Of a DNA stretch of 64,000 bases, positions 47,282 through 56,766 are shown in pieces. This DNA comes from Candidatus Ancaeobacter aquaticus (GTDB lineage Bacteria > Auribacterota > Ancaeobacteria > Ancaeobacterales > Ancaeobacteraceae), in NCBI GenBank assembly GCA_030765405.1, contig JAVCCP010000078.1:1-64000 (forward strand), given 5' to 3'. How positions within the stretch are numbered: position 1 is the stretch's first letter; every line of letters starts with the position of its first letter. The notes below the pieces were generated by a model. That model was given only the letters and a program-made list of their open reading frames with translations. It did not search any database and was not told the DNA's origin. The position numbers and the translations under genes were made by a program.

Positions 47282-48940
47282 ATGATCCAATATCTCCATA
47301 TTAAAAATATTGCACTGGTTGATGAAGTGGAAATTGAATTTTTCCGCGGTTTAAATTGCATTACCGGTGAGACCGGTGCCGGAAAATCCGTCATTGTTGG
47401 TTCGCTTAATTTTATATTGGGGGAACGCTCTGATGTATCTCAGATACGTTCCGGTCATGATAAGGCCCTCATAGAAGCAATTTTTGATATATCTTTAAAT
47501 GCCCCCCTCAAGAAGTATTTAAACGAGATAGGGGTAACCTTCGAAGAAAAAGAGTTTCTTATAAAACGAGAGTTAGCTCGAGAAGGAAAAGGAAGATGCT
47601 TTGTCTGCGGATCAATTGTCACGCAAGGCATGCTAAAGACTATAGGTGATCTTCTCGTTGACATGCATGGACAGCATGATCATCAATCACTCTTAAATTC
47701 TGCTTGTCATACGACTATTGTCGATAGTTTTGGTAGATTAGAAGAGCATTGTTCGAAGGTGTCAAAAGCATACAGACAGTACAAAGAAACGATTGATACA
47801 AGGGATGGTTTTAGATCTTCTGTAGAAGAGAGAAATCGTGATTATGAGTATCTCGTGTTTCAGATAAATGAAATTGCTGCGGCACAGGTTGAAGTAGGAG
47901 AAGATGAAGCCCTCTTAAAAGAACACGAACTTTTAAATAATGCTGTGCATATTAAGGGGCTCACTGAAAGTATGTATGGAGAACTGTATGAGGCAGATGA
48001 ATCAGTGGTAGGAAAAATAAATGCATTTGAGAAAAGTCTATCTGAGCTTGCGAAATATGACGAACAGTTTTTGGGATATCAAAATAATTTAAGCGAAATA
48101 TCATGCGTATTAAGAGACCTCGCTGAAACGCTTACGCAATTCAATACTACCATTGATGTGAGTGGAGATCGTTTAAGTGAGGTTGAAGAGAGGTTGTCTC
48201 TGGTTGAACGGCTCAAAAAGAAATATGGTATGAGCGTTGATGAACTCATTAATTTCAAAGAAGAGTTAGATCAGAAGATTCGTTGTGTAGAGAATTATGA
48301 TGAGGAACTCGACCGTCTAGAAAAGGATGTTAAAGAGCGTGCAAGTGAATTGCACAAGCTCTGTGGGCAACTATCAAAGAAAAGAAAACAATCTGCATCA
48401 AAACTGTCCCTGCTTGTTGAAAAAGAACTTTCACAATTAGGTATTGTAAATGCGCAATTTGAAGTGAGATCTATCGCGATAGAATGTGGCGTCACCGGCG
48501 CTGAAAAATTAGAGTTTTTTATAAGTGCAAATAAGGGAGAAAAGTGTAAGCCGCTTAAGAGTGTTGCCTCTGGAGGCGAAATATCGAGAATTATGCTTGC
48601 CATTAAGAAAGCTATTGCGGAAGTTGATTCCATACAGGTTATGGTATTTGATGAAATAGACGTTAATGTCGGCGGTCAGCTAGCGAGTAGAGTGGGAGAC
48701 CGAATGAAAGAGATTTCAAAAGAAAAACAGGTGTTGTGTATAACGCACTTGCCGCAAATTGCGCGCCATGCCCAGAATCATCTCTGTGTAGAAAAAAAGG
48801 TAATTAATGGTAAGACGCATACCTTTGTGAAGACATTATCTCCTGAGGAAAGAATGGGTGAAATTACCCGTATGCTTGGAAGCACTGATGCTGCTTCTGC
48901 CGCATCAGAATACGCGAAGGTATTGTTAACAAAGAAGTAA
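47282..48940 (+). CDS. recN: DNA repair protein RecN
   Basis: ITGETGAGKS, DMHGQHDHQ, ASGGEISR, FDEID, CITHLPQIA. Confidence 0.97.
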   Translation: MIQYLHIKNIALVDEVEIEFFRGLNCITGETGAGKSVIVGSLNFILGERSDVSQIRSGHDKALIEAIFDISLNAPLKKYLNEIGVTFEEKEFLIKRELAREGKGRCFVCGSIVTQGMLKTIGDLLVDMHGQHDHQSLLNSACHTTIVDSFGRLEEHCSKVSKAYRQYKETIDTRDGFRSSVEERNRDYEYLVFQINEIAAAQVEVGEDEALLKEHELLNNAVHIKGLTESMYGELYEADESVVGKINAFEKSLSELAKYDEQFLGYQNNLSEISCVLRDLAETLTQFNTTIDVSGDRLSEVEERLSLVERLKKKYGMSVDELINFKEELDQKIRCVENYDEELDRLEKDVKERASELHKLCGQLSKKRKQSASKLSLLVEKELSQLGIVNAQFEVRSIAIECGVTGAEKLEFFISANKGEKCKPLKSVASGGEISRIMLAIKKAIAEVDSIQVMVFDEIDVNVGGQLASRVGDRMKEISKEKQVLCITHLPQIARHAQNHLCVEKKVINGKTHTFVKTLSPEERMGEITRMLGSTDAASAASEYAKVLLTKK

Positions 48941-48959
48941 ATACGCAAGGCAATATATT

Positions 48960-49787
48960 ATGATGGATAGCATAACGTCTTTTTTTGCTAAAGAAGGTGT
49001 GATTATTGTAGCATTTCTTGAAATATTGCTACTCAGGTTGGGGGTATTTGCTCTTTTTATATTGATTGCTGAGCTTCTCGGTCGATTACTTAAGAAAAAA
49101 GACTATAAGAGTTTTAATTGCGTTTGGTCGGTAAAAAATATCGTTGAATTATTTGTTATATACACGGGCTTCCAAGCCCTGATGATATTTTTTAAAGGAG
49201 AGGTAAGTCAAAGCTCAGTTGAAGGGTTTGTATTATTTTGGTCTTTTCTTGAATATATATTTCTTATTGTTCTTGTCCTTTACTTTGTGCTTCAAGTTTA
49301 TGAAGGTTCTTTACGTACTCTCGGGCTTATTACGGAAGATATTAAGAGAGACCTCGTGCTTTCACTGCAGTTTCTTGTGTATCTAGGTTTTGGGTGTGCC
49401 TTTCTCCATATTCTGCACGTGTATGAGTTTCTGAAACCATCATCGAAGATCATAGAAAGCGTTAGTTTAAAAACATTATTTGCCGGTGGAGCAGTTGCTT
49501 ACGCAAAATGTTTTCTCGTACTTATTGTTTCCCCATTTGCTGAAGAAGTGTTCTATAGGGGTTTTATGTATCCGGTCGTGAGGAATAAGGTAGGACCAGT
49601 GATTGCGTCTCTGCTGATATCGCTTTTCTTTGCCTTTATCCATTTTGATCCACAATTTTTTGTATATATATTCATTTTGAGCTATGTGCTGTGTTATTTG
49701 TATGAAAAAGGCAGAAGCTTAGTCCCTCCCATAATAATACACAGTGTCTATAATCTATTGGTTCTTTTAGGTCTCTTCAACTATTAA
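48960..49787 (+). CDS. CPBP/Abi family intramembrane metalloprotease
   Basis: PFAEEVFYRG, FAFIH, HSVYN motifs; multi-TM. Confidence 0.9.
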   Translation: MMDSITSFFAKEGVIIVAFLEILLLRLGVFALFILIAELLGRLLKKKDYKSFNCVWSVKNIVELFVIYTGFQALMIFFKGEVSQSSVEGFVLFWSFLEYIFLIVLVLYFVLQVYEGSLRTLGLITEDIKRDLVLSLQFLVYLGFGCAFLHILHVYEFLKPSSKIIESVSLKTLFAGGAVAYAKCFLVLIVSPFAEEVFYRGFMYPVVRNKVGPVIASLLISLFFAFIHFDPQFFVYIFILSYVLCYLYEKGRSLVPPIIIHSVYNLLVLLGLFNY

Positions 49788-49790
49788 ATA

Positions 49791-49953
49791 AAAACTACAG
49801 ACAACAGACATTAGACCAGAGACCAGAGACTCAAGACTAAGAAACATGTGCTTTAGCAAGTTAATTCCCATTATTATTTTTACTATAAGTAGTTTAAAAG
49901 TTGTTGAATTTTTGTCCGTGGTCTGTAGTCTCTGATCTCTGGTCTCTGGTCTG
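49791..49953. repeat. Inverted-heptamer element (AGACCAG / CTGGTCT arms)
   Basis: cagacaa cagacat tagacca gagacca gagactc aagacta ... tggtctg tagtctc tgatctc tggtctc tggtctg. Confidence 0.85.
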
Positions 49954-50033
49954 TTATTTATGTTGCATTTTTCCTGTCTTTGTATACAATGACCCCTCAC
50001 AAACAATAACAAATACAAAAAAAGAGAGTGATT

Positions 50034-51788
50034 ATGAGCAATCAATATGTAGAAAAATGGGTTGATGAAATGGCGCAGTTATGCATGCCCGATAATGTGT
50101 GTTGGGTTACTGGTTCTGAAGAAGAAAAAGATCGTTTAAGCCAGGAAGCATTTAAGACAGGTGAGCTGATTGAGCTCGATCAAGAAAAGTTGCCCGGGTG
50201 CGTATACCATCGTACCGCAATAAATGATGTCGCACGAACTGAACATCTTACGTTTATTTGCACTGAACAAAAAGAAACAGTCGGTCCGACTAATAACTGG
50301 ATGCAAAAAGATGAAGCATATAAGAAATTAAGCGAGATATTCAGTGGGTCAATGAAAGGCAGAACAATGTATGTTGTTCCTTTTATCATGGGACCTGCCG
50401 GATCTCCTTCAAGCAAAGTTGGTGTCGAGCTCACAGACAGTATATATGTTGTATTAAACATGTGTATAATGACCCGTGTGGGTAAAATTGCTATGGATGA
50501 ACTGGATGGGTCAGATAATTTTACACGGTGTCTTCACGGTAAGGCTGAGCGGGATATTGAGAAACGGTTTATCTGTCATTTTCCTGAAGATAACACTATT
50601 TGGAGTGTTGGGTCAGGATACGGCGGAAACGTTCTTCTCGGCAAAAAATGTCTTGCCTTACGTATAGCGAGTTATCTTGGTTATGAAGAGGGATGGATGG
50701 CCGAACACATGCTTATTTTAGGTGTTCAGGATCCAAAAGGCAACGTCAGTTATGTTGCTGCAGCATTTCCAAGTGCATGCGGTAAAACAAATCTAGCAAT
50801 GCTTGTACCGCCGGAATCATTATCTGCAAAAGGATATAAGGTATGGACAGTAGGCGATGATATTGCGTGGATGCGTATTGGTGAAGATGGTAGAATATGG
50901 GCAATTAATCCTGAAGCAGGTTTCTTTGGTGTTGTTCCGGGAACAAGCCAAAAGAGTAATCCGAACGCGCTAAAAACGATACAAAAAAATACTATATACA
51001 CGAATGTGCTTTTAAAAGATGATAAAACGGTATGGTGGGAAGGGCTTGATGGCCAACCGCCTGAAAAGGGCTTAGATTGGAAAGGTAATCCGTGGACATC
51101 GGCCTCAGGTGAAAATGGGGCGCATCCAAATTCACGCTTTACTGCTCCAGCGAGTCAATGTCCGTGTATTTCACCGGAGTGGGAAGATCCCAAAGGCGTG
51201 CCTATAAGCGCATTTATCTTTGGCGGCCGGAGAGCAAAATTAACACCTCTTGTATACGAATCATTTAATTGGCAGCATGGTGTGTTTGTTGGTGCAACCA
51301 TGGCTTCAGAGACAACAGCAGCAGCAACACACGCAGTTGGTGTTGTAAGACGTGACCCTATGGCAATGTTACCGTTTTGTGGATACAATATGAGCGATTA
51401 TTTTAGTCATTGGCTAAACATGGGTAAAAAGATCAAAAACCCGCCAAAGATCTTTAATGTAAATTGGTTTAAGACTGACGAAAATGATAAATTTATTTGG
51501 CCTGGATTTGGTGATAACCTGAGAGTTTTGGAGTGGATTATTGAAAGAGCCACTGGAGATGCTCCGTCAAAAGAAACTCCTATTGGTTATTTGCCAACAG
51601 AAGATGCACTTGATCTTAAAGGTCTTGATTTAGAAAAGGGTGTAATGGACACGTTGCTAGAGGTTAATAAAGAAGCGTGGCTGAAAGAATATGATGAGAT
51701 CAGTGAGTTCTTTAAGAAGTTTGGAGATGAATTGCCGAAAGAAATGGCTGAAGAACATCAGGCGCTTAAAGATAGATTAAATAAATAA
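50034..51788 (+). CDS. pckG: Phosphoenolpyruvate carboxykinase (GTP)
   Basis: DVARTE, GSGYGGN.LLGKKC, FPSACGKTN, GDDIAW, HPNSRF, DPMAMLPFCGY. Confidence 0.97.
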   Translation: MSNQYVEKWVDEMAQLCMPDNVCWVTGSEEEKDRLSQEAFKTGELIELDQEKLPGCVYHRTAINDVARTEHLTFICTEQKETVGPTNNWMQKDEAYKKLSEIFSGSMKGRTMYVVPFIMGPAGSPSSKVGVELTDSIYVVLNMCIMTRVGKIAMDELDGSDNFTRCLHGKAERDIEKRFICHFPEDNTIWSVGSGYGGNVLLGKKCLALRIASYLGYEEGWMAEHMLILGVQDPKGNVSYVAAAFPSACGKTNLAMLVPPESLSAKGYKVWTVGDDIAWMRIGEDGRIWAINPEAGFFGVVPGTSQKSNPNALKTIQKNTIYTNVLLKDDKTVWWEGLDGQPPEKGLDWKGNPWTSASGENGAHPNSRFTAPASQCPCISPEWEDPKGVPISAFIFGGRRAKLTPLVYESFNWQHGVFVGATMASETTAAATHAVGVVRRDPMAMLPFCGYNMSDYFSHWLNMGKKIKNPPKIFNVNWFKTDENDKFIWPGFGDNLRVLEWIIERATGDAPSKETPIGYLPTEDALDLKGLDLEKGVMDTLLEVNKEAWLKEYDEISEFFKKFGDELPKEMAEEHQALKDRLNK

Positions 51789-51811
51789 TTGTAATAGAGA
51801 TGCAGGAGAAT

Positions 51812-52723
51812 ATGATGGAAGCAGTAAGTCCTAATGTTGTAACACAGATAAAACTTGATGGAGTTAAGCTCTTTAAAGAAGGCAAAGTACGATCAGTTTT
51901 TGATCTTGATGATAAGCTCCTTATAGTTGCATCAGATAGGATATCTGCGTTTGATTATATTTTACCTGAAGGTATACCCTATAAAGCGAAAGTACTTACA
52001 AAAATATCTGAGCATTGGTTTAATTTCACGAAAGATATTGTGAAAAACCATCTTATTTCAACCGATGTAAGCGCTTTTCCAGGTGAACTAGAAAAGTTTA
52101 GTTCGATCCTTGACGGTAGATCAATGCTTGTTAAGAAGACCGAGCTTGTTCCTATTGAATGTGTTGTAAGAGGATATATATCCGGATCAGCGTGGAAAGA
52201 ATATAAGAAGACTGGAACAGTATGTGGTGAAAAGCTTCCTGAAGGGTATGAAGAAAGCTGTAAGTTTGTGGAGCCTATTTTTACACCGGCAACAAAAGCT
52301 GAAGAAGGGCATGACGAGAATATATCTATTCAAACAATGAAAGATATGGTTGGTACTGAGATTACAGAAAAGCTTCAAAAAGCAAGTATTGAAATATATG
52401 CTACTTGTCACAAGAAGGCGTTAGAAGAAGGTATCATAATAGCTGATACCAAATATGAGTTTGGCATGCTTGATGGCGAGTTAATTTTAATAGACGAGCT
52501 GTTAACTCCTGATTCATCACGATTTTGGCCCGAAGATTCCTATCAGCCGGGTAGATCACAGGATAGTTTTGATAAACAATTTGTAAGAGATTATCTTGAA
52601 TCAATAGAGTGGAACAAAACCCCACCGGTACCGCATTTGCCTGAAGATATCATTCGTAAAACGTCTGAAAAATATCAAGAAGCATATAAGAGAATAACGG
52701 GCTTAGACCTCAATCAGAAATAA
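51812..52723 (+). CDS. purC: SAICAR synthase
   Basis: EGKVRSVF, ASDRISAFD, ECVVRGY..GS, FTPATKA..GHDEN, ADTKYEFG, TPDSSRFW, DKQFVRD. Confidence 0.97.
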   Translation: MMEAVSPNVVTQIKLDGVKLFKEGKVRSVFDLDDKLLIVASDRISAFDYILPEGIPYKAKVLTKISEHWFNFTKDIVKNHLISTDVSAFPGELEKFSSILDGRSMLVKKTELVPIECVVRGYISGSAWKEYKKTGTVCGEKLPEGYEESCKFVEPIFTPATKAEEGHDENISIQTMKDMVGTEITEKLQKASIEIYATCHKKALEEGIIIADTKYEFGMLDGELILIDELLTPDSSRFWPEDSYQPGRSQDSFDKQFVRDYLESIEWNKTPPVPHLPEDIIRKTSEKYQEAYKRITGLDLNQK

Positions 52724-52754
52724 CAAATCTCCCTTTATATTTGCTTGTTCTCTG

Positions 52755-52763
52755 TGGTATACT
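52755..52763 (+). promoter_or_regulatory. Extended -10 candidate for the metH locus
   Basis: TG-G-TATACT. Confidence 0.35.
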
Positions 52764-52823
52764 ATACACTCGTAATTGATATATAAAATGATATAGTACG
52801 TTTACACAAGAATATGAGCCGGT

Positions 52824-53438
52824 ATGCCGACACTCACTAATCTAAAAGTTAATATACCACGTAATGAAGTGTTAAAAAGACTTCGATATCATCCTTCAAA
52901 AACGGATCCTCAAGAGAATATTGATAATCTTATTGATAATTTGATTGAAGATGCGTATATTTTGATGGAGCCAAAAGCTCTTTACAAAGATATTTTAATT
53001 GAAGAAAAGAGTGGCAATATAGTTACCTTGAAAGATTGCACATTTGTAATAGAGGGGGCAGAAATTGCCGGTTTATTGCAAAAGTCTCATAAGGTAGTAT
53101 TGATGGCAGTAACGATTGGTCCGGACTTGCCGTTACGCTCACAAAGGTATATGCAAGAGAAAAAAGTAACTGAAGCAATGGTATTAGATGCTATTGGCTC
53201 AGAGGCAGTAGAAGCTTTAGCTGACAAGGTAAATGAGATAATAAGAACGAATGCGAATCTCGAAGGATGTGTGCTTACAAAGCGATATTCACCGGGGTAT
53301 TCTGATTGGGCTATTACCGCGCAAAAAGAGTTATTGCATGTTCTTGGTGCGCAAGACATTGGTATACAGTTAAACCCAGCGTGTTTAATGATCCCTGAAA
53401 AGTCTATTAGTGCGGTGATAGGTTACAAGGAGAAATAA
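52824..53438 (+). CDS. Stand-alone methionine synthase reactivation (AdoMet-binding) domain
   Basis: AVTIG, LDAIGSEAVE, RYSPGYSDW, LMIPEKSISA; directly upstream of MetH lacking that domain. Confidence 0.85.
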   Translation: MPTLTNLKVNIPRNEVLKRLRYHPSKTDPQENIDNLIDNLIEDAYILMEPKALYKDILIEEKSGNIVTLKDCTFVIEGAEIAGLLQKSHKVVLMAVTIGPDLPLRSQRYMQEKKVTEAMVLDAIGSEAVEALADKVNEIIRTNANLEGCVLTKRYSPGYSDWAITAQKELLHVLGAQDIGIQLNPACLMIPEKSISAVIGYKEK

Positions 53439-53445
53439 ATATATT

Positions 53446-55863
53446 ATGGAAAATATTTTACAGGTATTAAAGAAAAAGATTCTAGTGTATGACGGTGCGT
53501 TAGGAACGATGCTTCAGGAAAAGGGTGCTTTAGCAGGTGTGCGATCTCCGGAAGAGGTTAATCTTATCTCTCCTGATACGCTGAGAGATATACACAGAGA
53601 GTATATTGATGCAGGAGCTGATGTTATTGAGACAAATACCTTTGGGGTAAGCTCAATAAAGCTGAAAGAATTTGGTCTCGAAGACAAAATGACCGAAATA
53701 ATCAAAAAAGGTATCCAGATAGCTGTTGATGCTGCTTCAGGTAAAGCGTATGTCGCCGCTTCGATTGGGCCATTGCCAAAGCAGCTTGAACCTTTAGGTG
53801 AGCTTACTTTTGATCAAGCGTACACGCTTTTTGCCGAACAGGTAAAAGTAATAGCTGACACAGGTGCAGACCTTATTCTCATTGAAACAATGAGCGATAT
53901 AAAGGAAACGAAAGCCGCGGTTATTGCGGCAAAAGAGCATTCTTCACTTCCGGTGCAGGTGCAAATGACTTTTGATAAGGGTAAGTGGACTTTATCAGGA
54001 ACGCCACCAGAGGTAGCAGCAGTTGTTCTCGGTGCATGTGGAGCTGATATTATCGGTGTAAATTGTTCTAGTGGTCCGGAAGAATTACTCTATACGGTTG
54101 AAATGTTGGGTAGATATTTTGATGGCTATATATCTGTTTTACCGAATGCAGGACTGCCTGAGCTGGTGGATGGGAAAACGATCTTTAGAGCGACTCCTGA
54201 ATACATGGCTGAGTACGCTATCAAGTTTGCTGAAAGAGGAGTAAATTTGATCGGTGGATGTTGCGGGACAACCCCTGACCATATCAGGGCATGTGCTCAG
54301 GTGATTAAAGGAGCCAAACCGGTAGCCAGAGACTATATTGGCGGGTTTATGGTTGCAAGCCGAACACAAGTAGTGAGAGTAAGTGACGATACTATTCCTC
54401 TTGTTATAGGCGAACGCATTAATCCAACCAATAGAAAAGATCTATCTGCCGAGCTTAAAGCCGGTAAAATGACCCTATTAAAAAATGATGCTCTTACCCA
54501 GACAAAAAACGGGGCTTCAATACTTGATATTAATGTCGGTGTTCCCGGTGAAGATGAAGTGGCTCTAATGGGCAATGCGGTTTCTCAAGTGCAGAATACT
54601 GTTGGTGCAGCGATTGCTATTGATACAATGGATCAGCGGGCACTTGAAGAGGGTCTTAAAGAGTGTGCTGGTAAACCGCTTATAAATTCGGTAAATGGTA
54701 AAGCTGCCAGCATGCAGTCTGTTATTCCATTAGCTGTAAAATACGGGGCGGCACTCATTGCACTGACACTCGATGAAAAAGGTATCCCGACTGAAGTGAA
54801 AAAAAGGGTGGCGTTAGCACAGGTAATTATTAAAGAAGCTGAAGGAAAAGGTATCCGTAAAGATGATATACTCGTTGATTCTTTAACGTTAACGGTATCA
54901 AGTGAACCTGAAGGCGTCCGACTTACCCTCGATGCAGTTAAAGAGATAAAAGCACTGGGATACAAAAACAGCCTTGGAGTAAGCAATATTTCATTTGGGT
55001 TACCCGGAAGAAAATACATTAATGGAAGTTTTCTTTCAATGGCTATTGGTGCCGGGCTTGATGCTGCGATTATCAATCCAAATAACCAGTCTATGATGGA
55101 TGCGTTTCTTGCTTCATCTGTGCTGGTGAACAGGGACAAACTAGCTGTGCAGTACATAGCGGAGATAAAAAAACGTGATATGCAAACAAGTGGTTCGCAT
55201 ATTGCAGAAAAGGGTTCGCAAAGCGGTTCTATCGATATTAAAGATAAACTTTATAATGCGATCTTGTACGGGCAGCGTGATGAAATAGCCGGATTAATTG
55301 ATGAAGGAGTAAAAACCGGTTTGACTCCTATGGATATAAATATGAGCTTGCTGGTACCTGCTCTTGAGGAAGTAGGCAAGAAATTTGAATCAAAAGAATA
55401 TTTTCTCCCGCAGCTGATTTTATCAGCTGAAACAATGCGTAAAGCCTTTGAACACGTTAAAACGTTTACTAATGGAGAGGATCAGGATTCAAGTAAAGCA
55501 AAGATTGTTATCGCGACAGTTGAAGGAGATGTCCATGATATCGGCAAAAATATTGTAATAGCGGTACTGGAAAATTATGGATATGAAATAATCGATCTTG
55601 GTAAAAGTGTTTCATCAAAAGAGATTATCGATACGGTAAAAGAACACAAAGCGGATATTGTCGGGTTGTCTGCATTAATGACGACGACAATGACCGAGAT
55701 GAAAAAAGTGATCAGTGAGATAGGAGCTGCGGGACTTAATGTAAAAACGATTATTGGCGGCGCTGTTGTGACACCCGCATATGCAAAAGAGATAAAAGCT
55801 GATGCATATGCTAAAGATGCGATAGCGGCGGTAAGGATCATTAAAGATTTATTGTCTAAATAA
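53446..55863 (+). CDS. metH: B12-dependent methionine synthase (Hcy-binding, pterin-binding and B12-binding domains; no activation domain)
   Basis: DGALGT, ETNTFG, GVNC, PNAGLP, GGCCGT, IGERINPT, GVSNISFG, GDVHDIGKN. Confidence 0.92.
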   Translation: MENILQVLKKKILVYDGALGTMLQEKGALAGVRSPEEVNLISPDTLRDIHREYIDAGADVIETNTFGVSSIKLKEFGLEDKMTEIIKKGIQIAVDAASGKAYVAASIGPLPKQLEPLGELTFDQAYTLFAEQVKVIADTGADLILIETMSDIKETKAAVIAAKEHSSLPVQVQMTFDKGKWTLSGTPPEVAAVVLGACGADIIGVNCSSGPEELLYTVEMLGRYFDGYISVLPNAGLPELVDGKTIFRATPEYMAEYAIKFAERGVNLIGGCCGTTPDHIRACAQVIKGAKPVARDYIGGFMVASRTQVVRVSDDTIPLVIGERINPTNRKDLSAELKAGKMTLLKNDALTQTKNGASILDINVGVPGEDEVALMGNAVSQVQNTVGAAIAIDTMDQRALEEGLKECAGKPLINSVNGKAASMQSVIPLAVKYGAALIALTLDEKGIPTEVKKRVALAQVIIKEAEGKGIRKDDILVDSLTLTVSSEPEGVRLTLDAVKEIKALGYKNSLGVSNISFGLPGRKYINGSFLSMAIGAGLDAAIINPNNQSMMDAFLASSVLVNRDKLAVQYIAEIKKRDMQTSGSHIAEKGSQSGSIDIKDKLYNAILYGQRDEIAGLIDEGVKTGLTPMDINMSLLVPALEEVGKKFESKEYFLPQLILSAETMRKAFEHVKTFTNGEDQDSSKAKIVIATVEGDVHDIGKNIVIAVLENYGYEIIDLGKSVSSKEIIDTVKEHKADIVGLSALMTTTMTEMKKVISEIGAAGLNVKTIIGGAVVTPAYAKEIKADAYAKDAIAAVRIIKDLLSK

Positions 55864-55934
55864 TAGTGCAAGTAATTATAAATGAGAAATATGTTAGTTT
55901 TTTTTAGGAATTTTAATATGTGTAGTGTGATTTT

Positions 55935-56008
55935 GTATTTATTTTTGATTATTTGAATTTGAGAATTTTAATTTGTTTAGGATTTAGGTTTTAGAATTTA
56001 GAGTTTAT
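55935..56008. repeat. Degenerate T-rich heptamer-like tract
   Basis: tttgatt atttgaa tttgaga ... tttagga tttaggt tttagaa tttagag; periodicity imperfect. Confidence 0.5.
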
Positions 56009-56023
56009 TTTAAAGGAGGATTT

Positions 56024-56731
56024 ATGTATAGAGTATTAGTATTGTTTATGGCTATTATTTGTTTATGGCAAACAACTGGTTATGCTATGGCGCAAAAGGC
56101 TGTATCAGTTGTTGATAAAATAAATGTTATGCTCGTTGTCGAGAAACAAGGTGATAGCGCACTTCTTACGATAGAGGTTGCAAATATTAGTCCGGAAAAA
56201 GTGAACTGTACTTTTTTGTCCGCAAAGAAATATGATTTTATTATAAAAGATGCAAAAAGTAATATTATCTGGCAGTGGACACACAGTCGCCTTTTTTCTC
56301 AAGCGATACAAAAAGAATTTTTAGATAAAGGACAGGTGTTTATTTTTAGTGAGAAATGGGACTATAAGAACAATGAGGGGCAGCGGGTTACTCCGGGGAA
56401 GTATGGGGTTACTGGAGAGTTTTCTGTTATGCCGACAAGCATACTTACCGCACCTAAAGAGATTGACGTTTTAGAAGAAGATTTAAAAATTGCCGGTGGA
56501 TATACTATAACAGGAACAATTGCTGTTATTGGCAGTGACATATATATAAATAGTGATGATGGTGTGACGTATAAGCTCGCTGGCAGTAGTGTAGATTTTA
56601 AAGATCAAAACGGTGATTATATTGCGGTTTTTTCTCCTGTAATACAAAATATTTCCGGTTCACAGTACCGGAGCATAACCATAAAAGATTTCAAGGTATA
56701 TAACAGCAGAAAAGAATATAGCGGAATGTAA
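56024..56731 (+). CDS. Secreted protein with BsuPI (intracellular proteinase inhibitor)-like domain
   Basis: AAAGGAGG RBS, signal peptide, F.S.KKYDF.IKD....IWQW...F.QA......W pattern. Confidence 0.7.
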   Translation: MYRVLVLFMAIICLWQTTGYAMAQKAVSVVDKINVMLVVEKQGDSALLTIEVANISPEKVNCTFLSAKKYDFIIKDAKSNIIWQWTHSRLFSQAIQKEFLDKGQVFIFSEKWDYKNNEGQRVTPGKYGVTGEFSVMPTSILTAPKEIDVLEEDLKIAGGYTITGTIAVIGSDIYINSDDGVTYKLAGSSVDFKDQNGDYIAVFSPVIQNISGSQYRSITIKDFKVYNSRKEYSGM

Positions 56732-56766
56732 TCCGGATATAATTCCGCAAACAAATTGTAGAGCGT

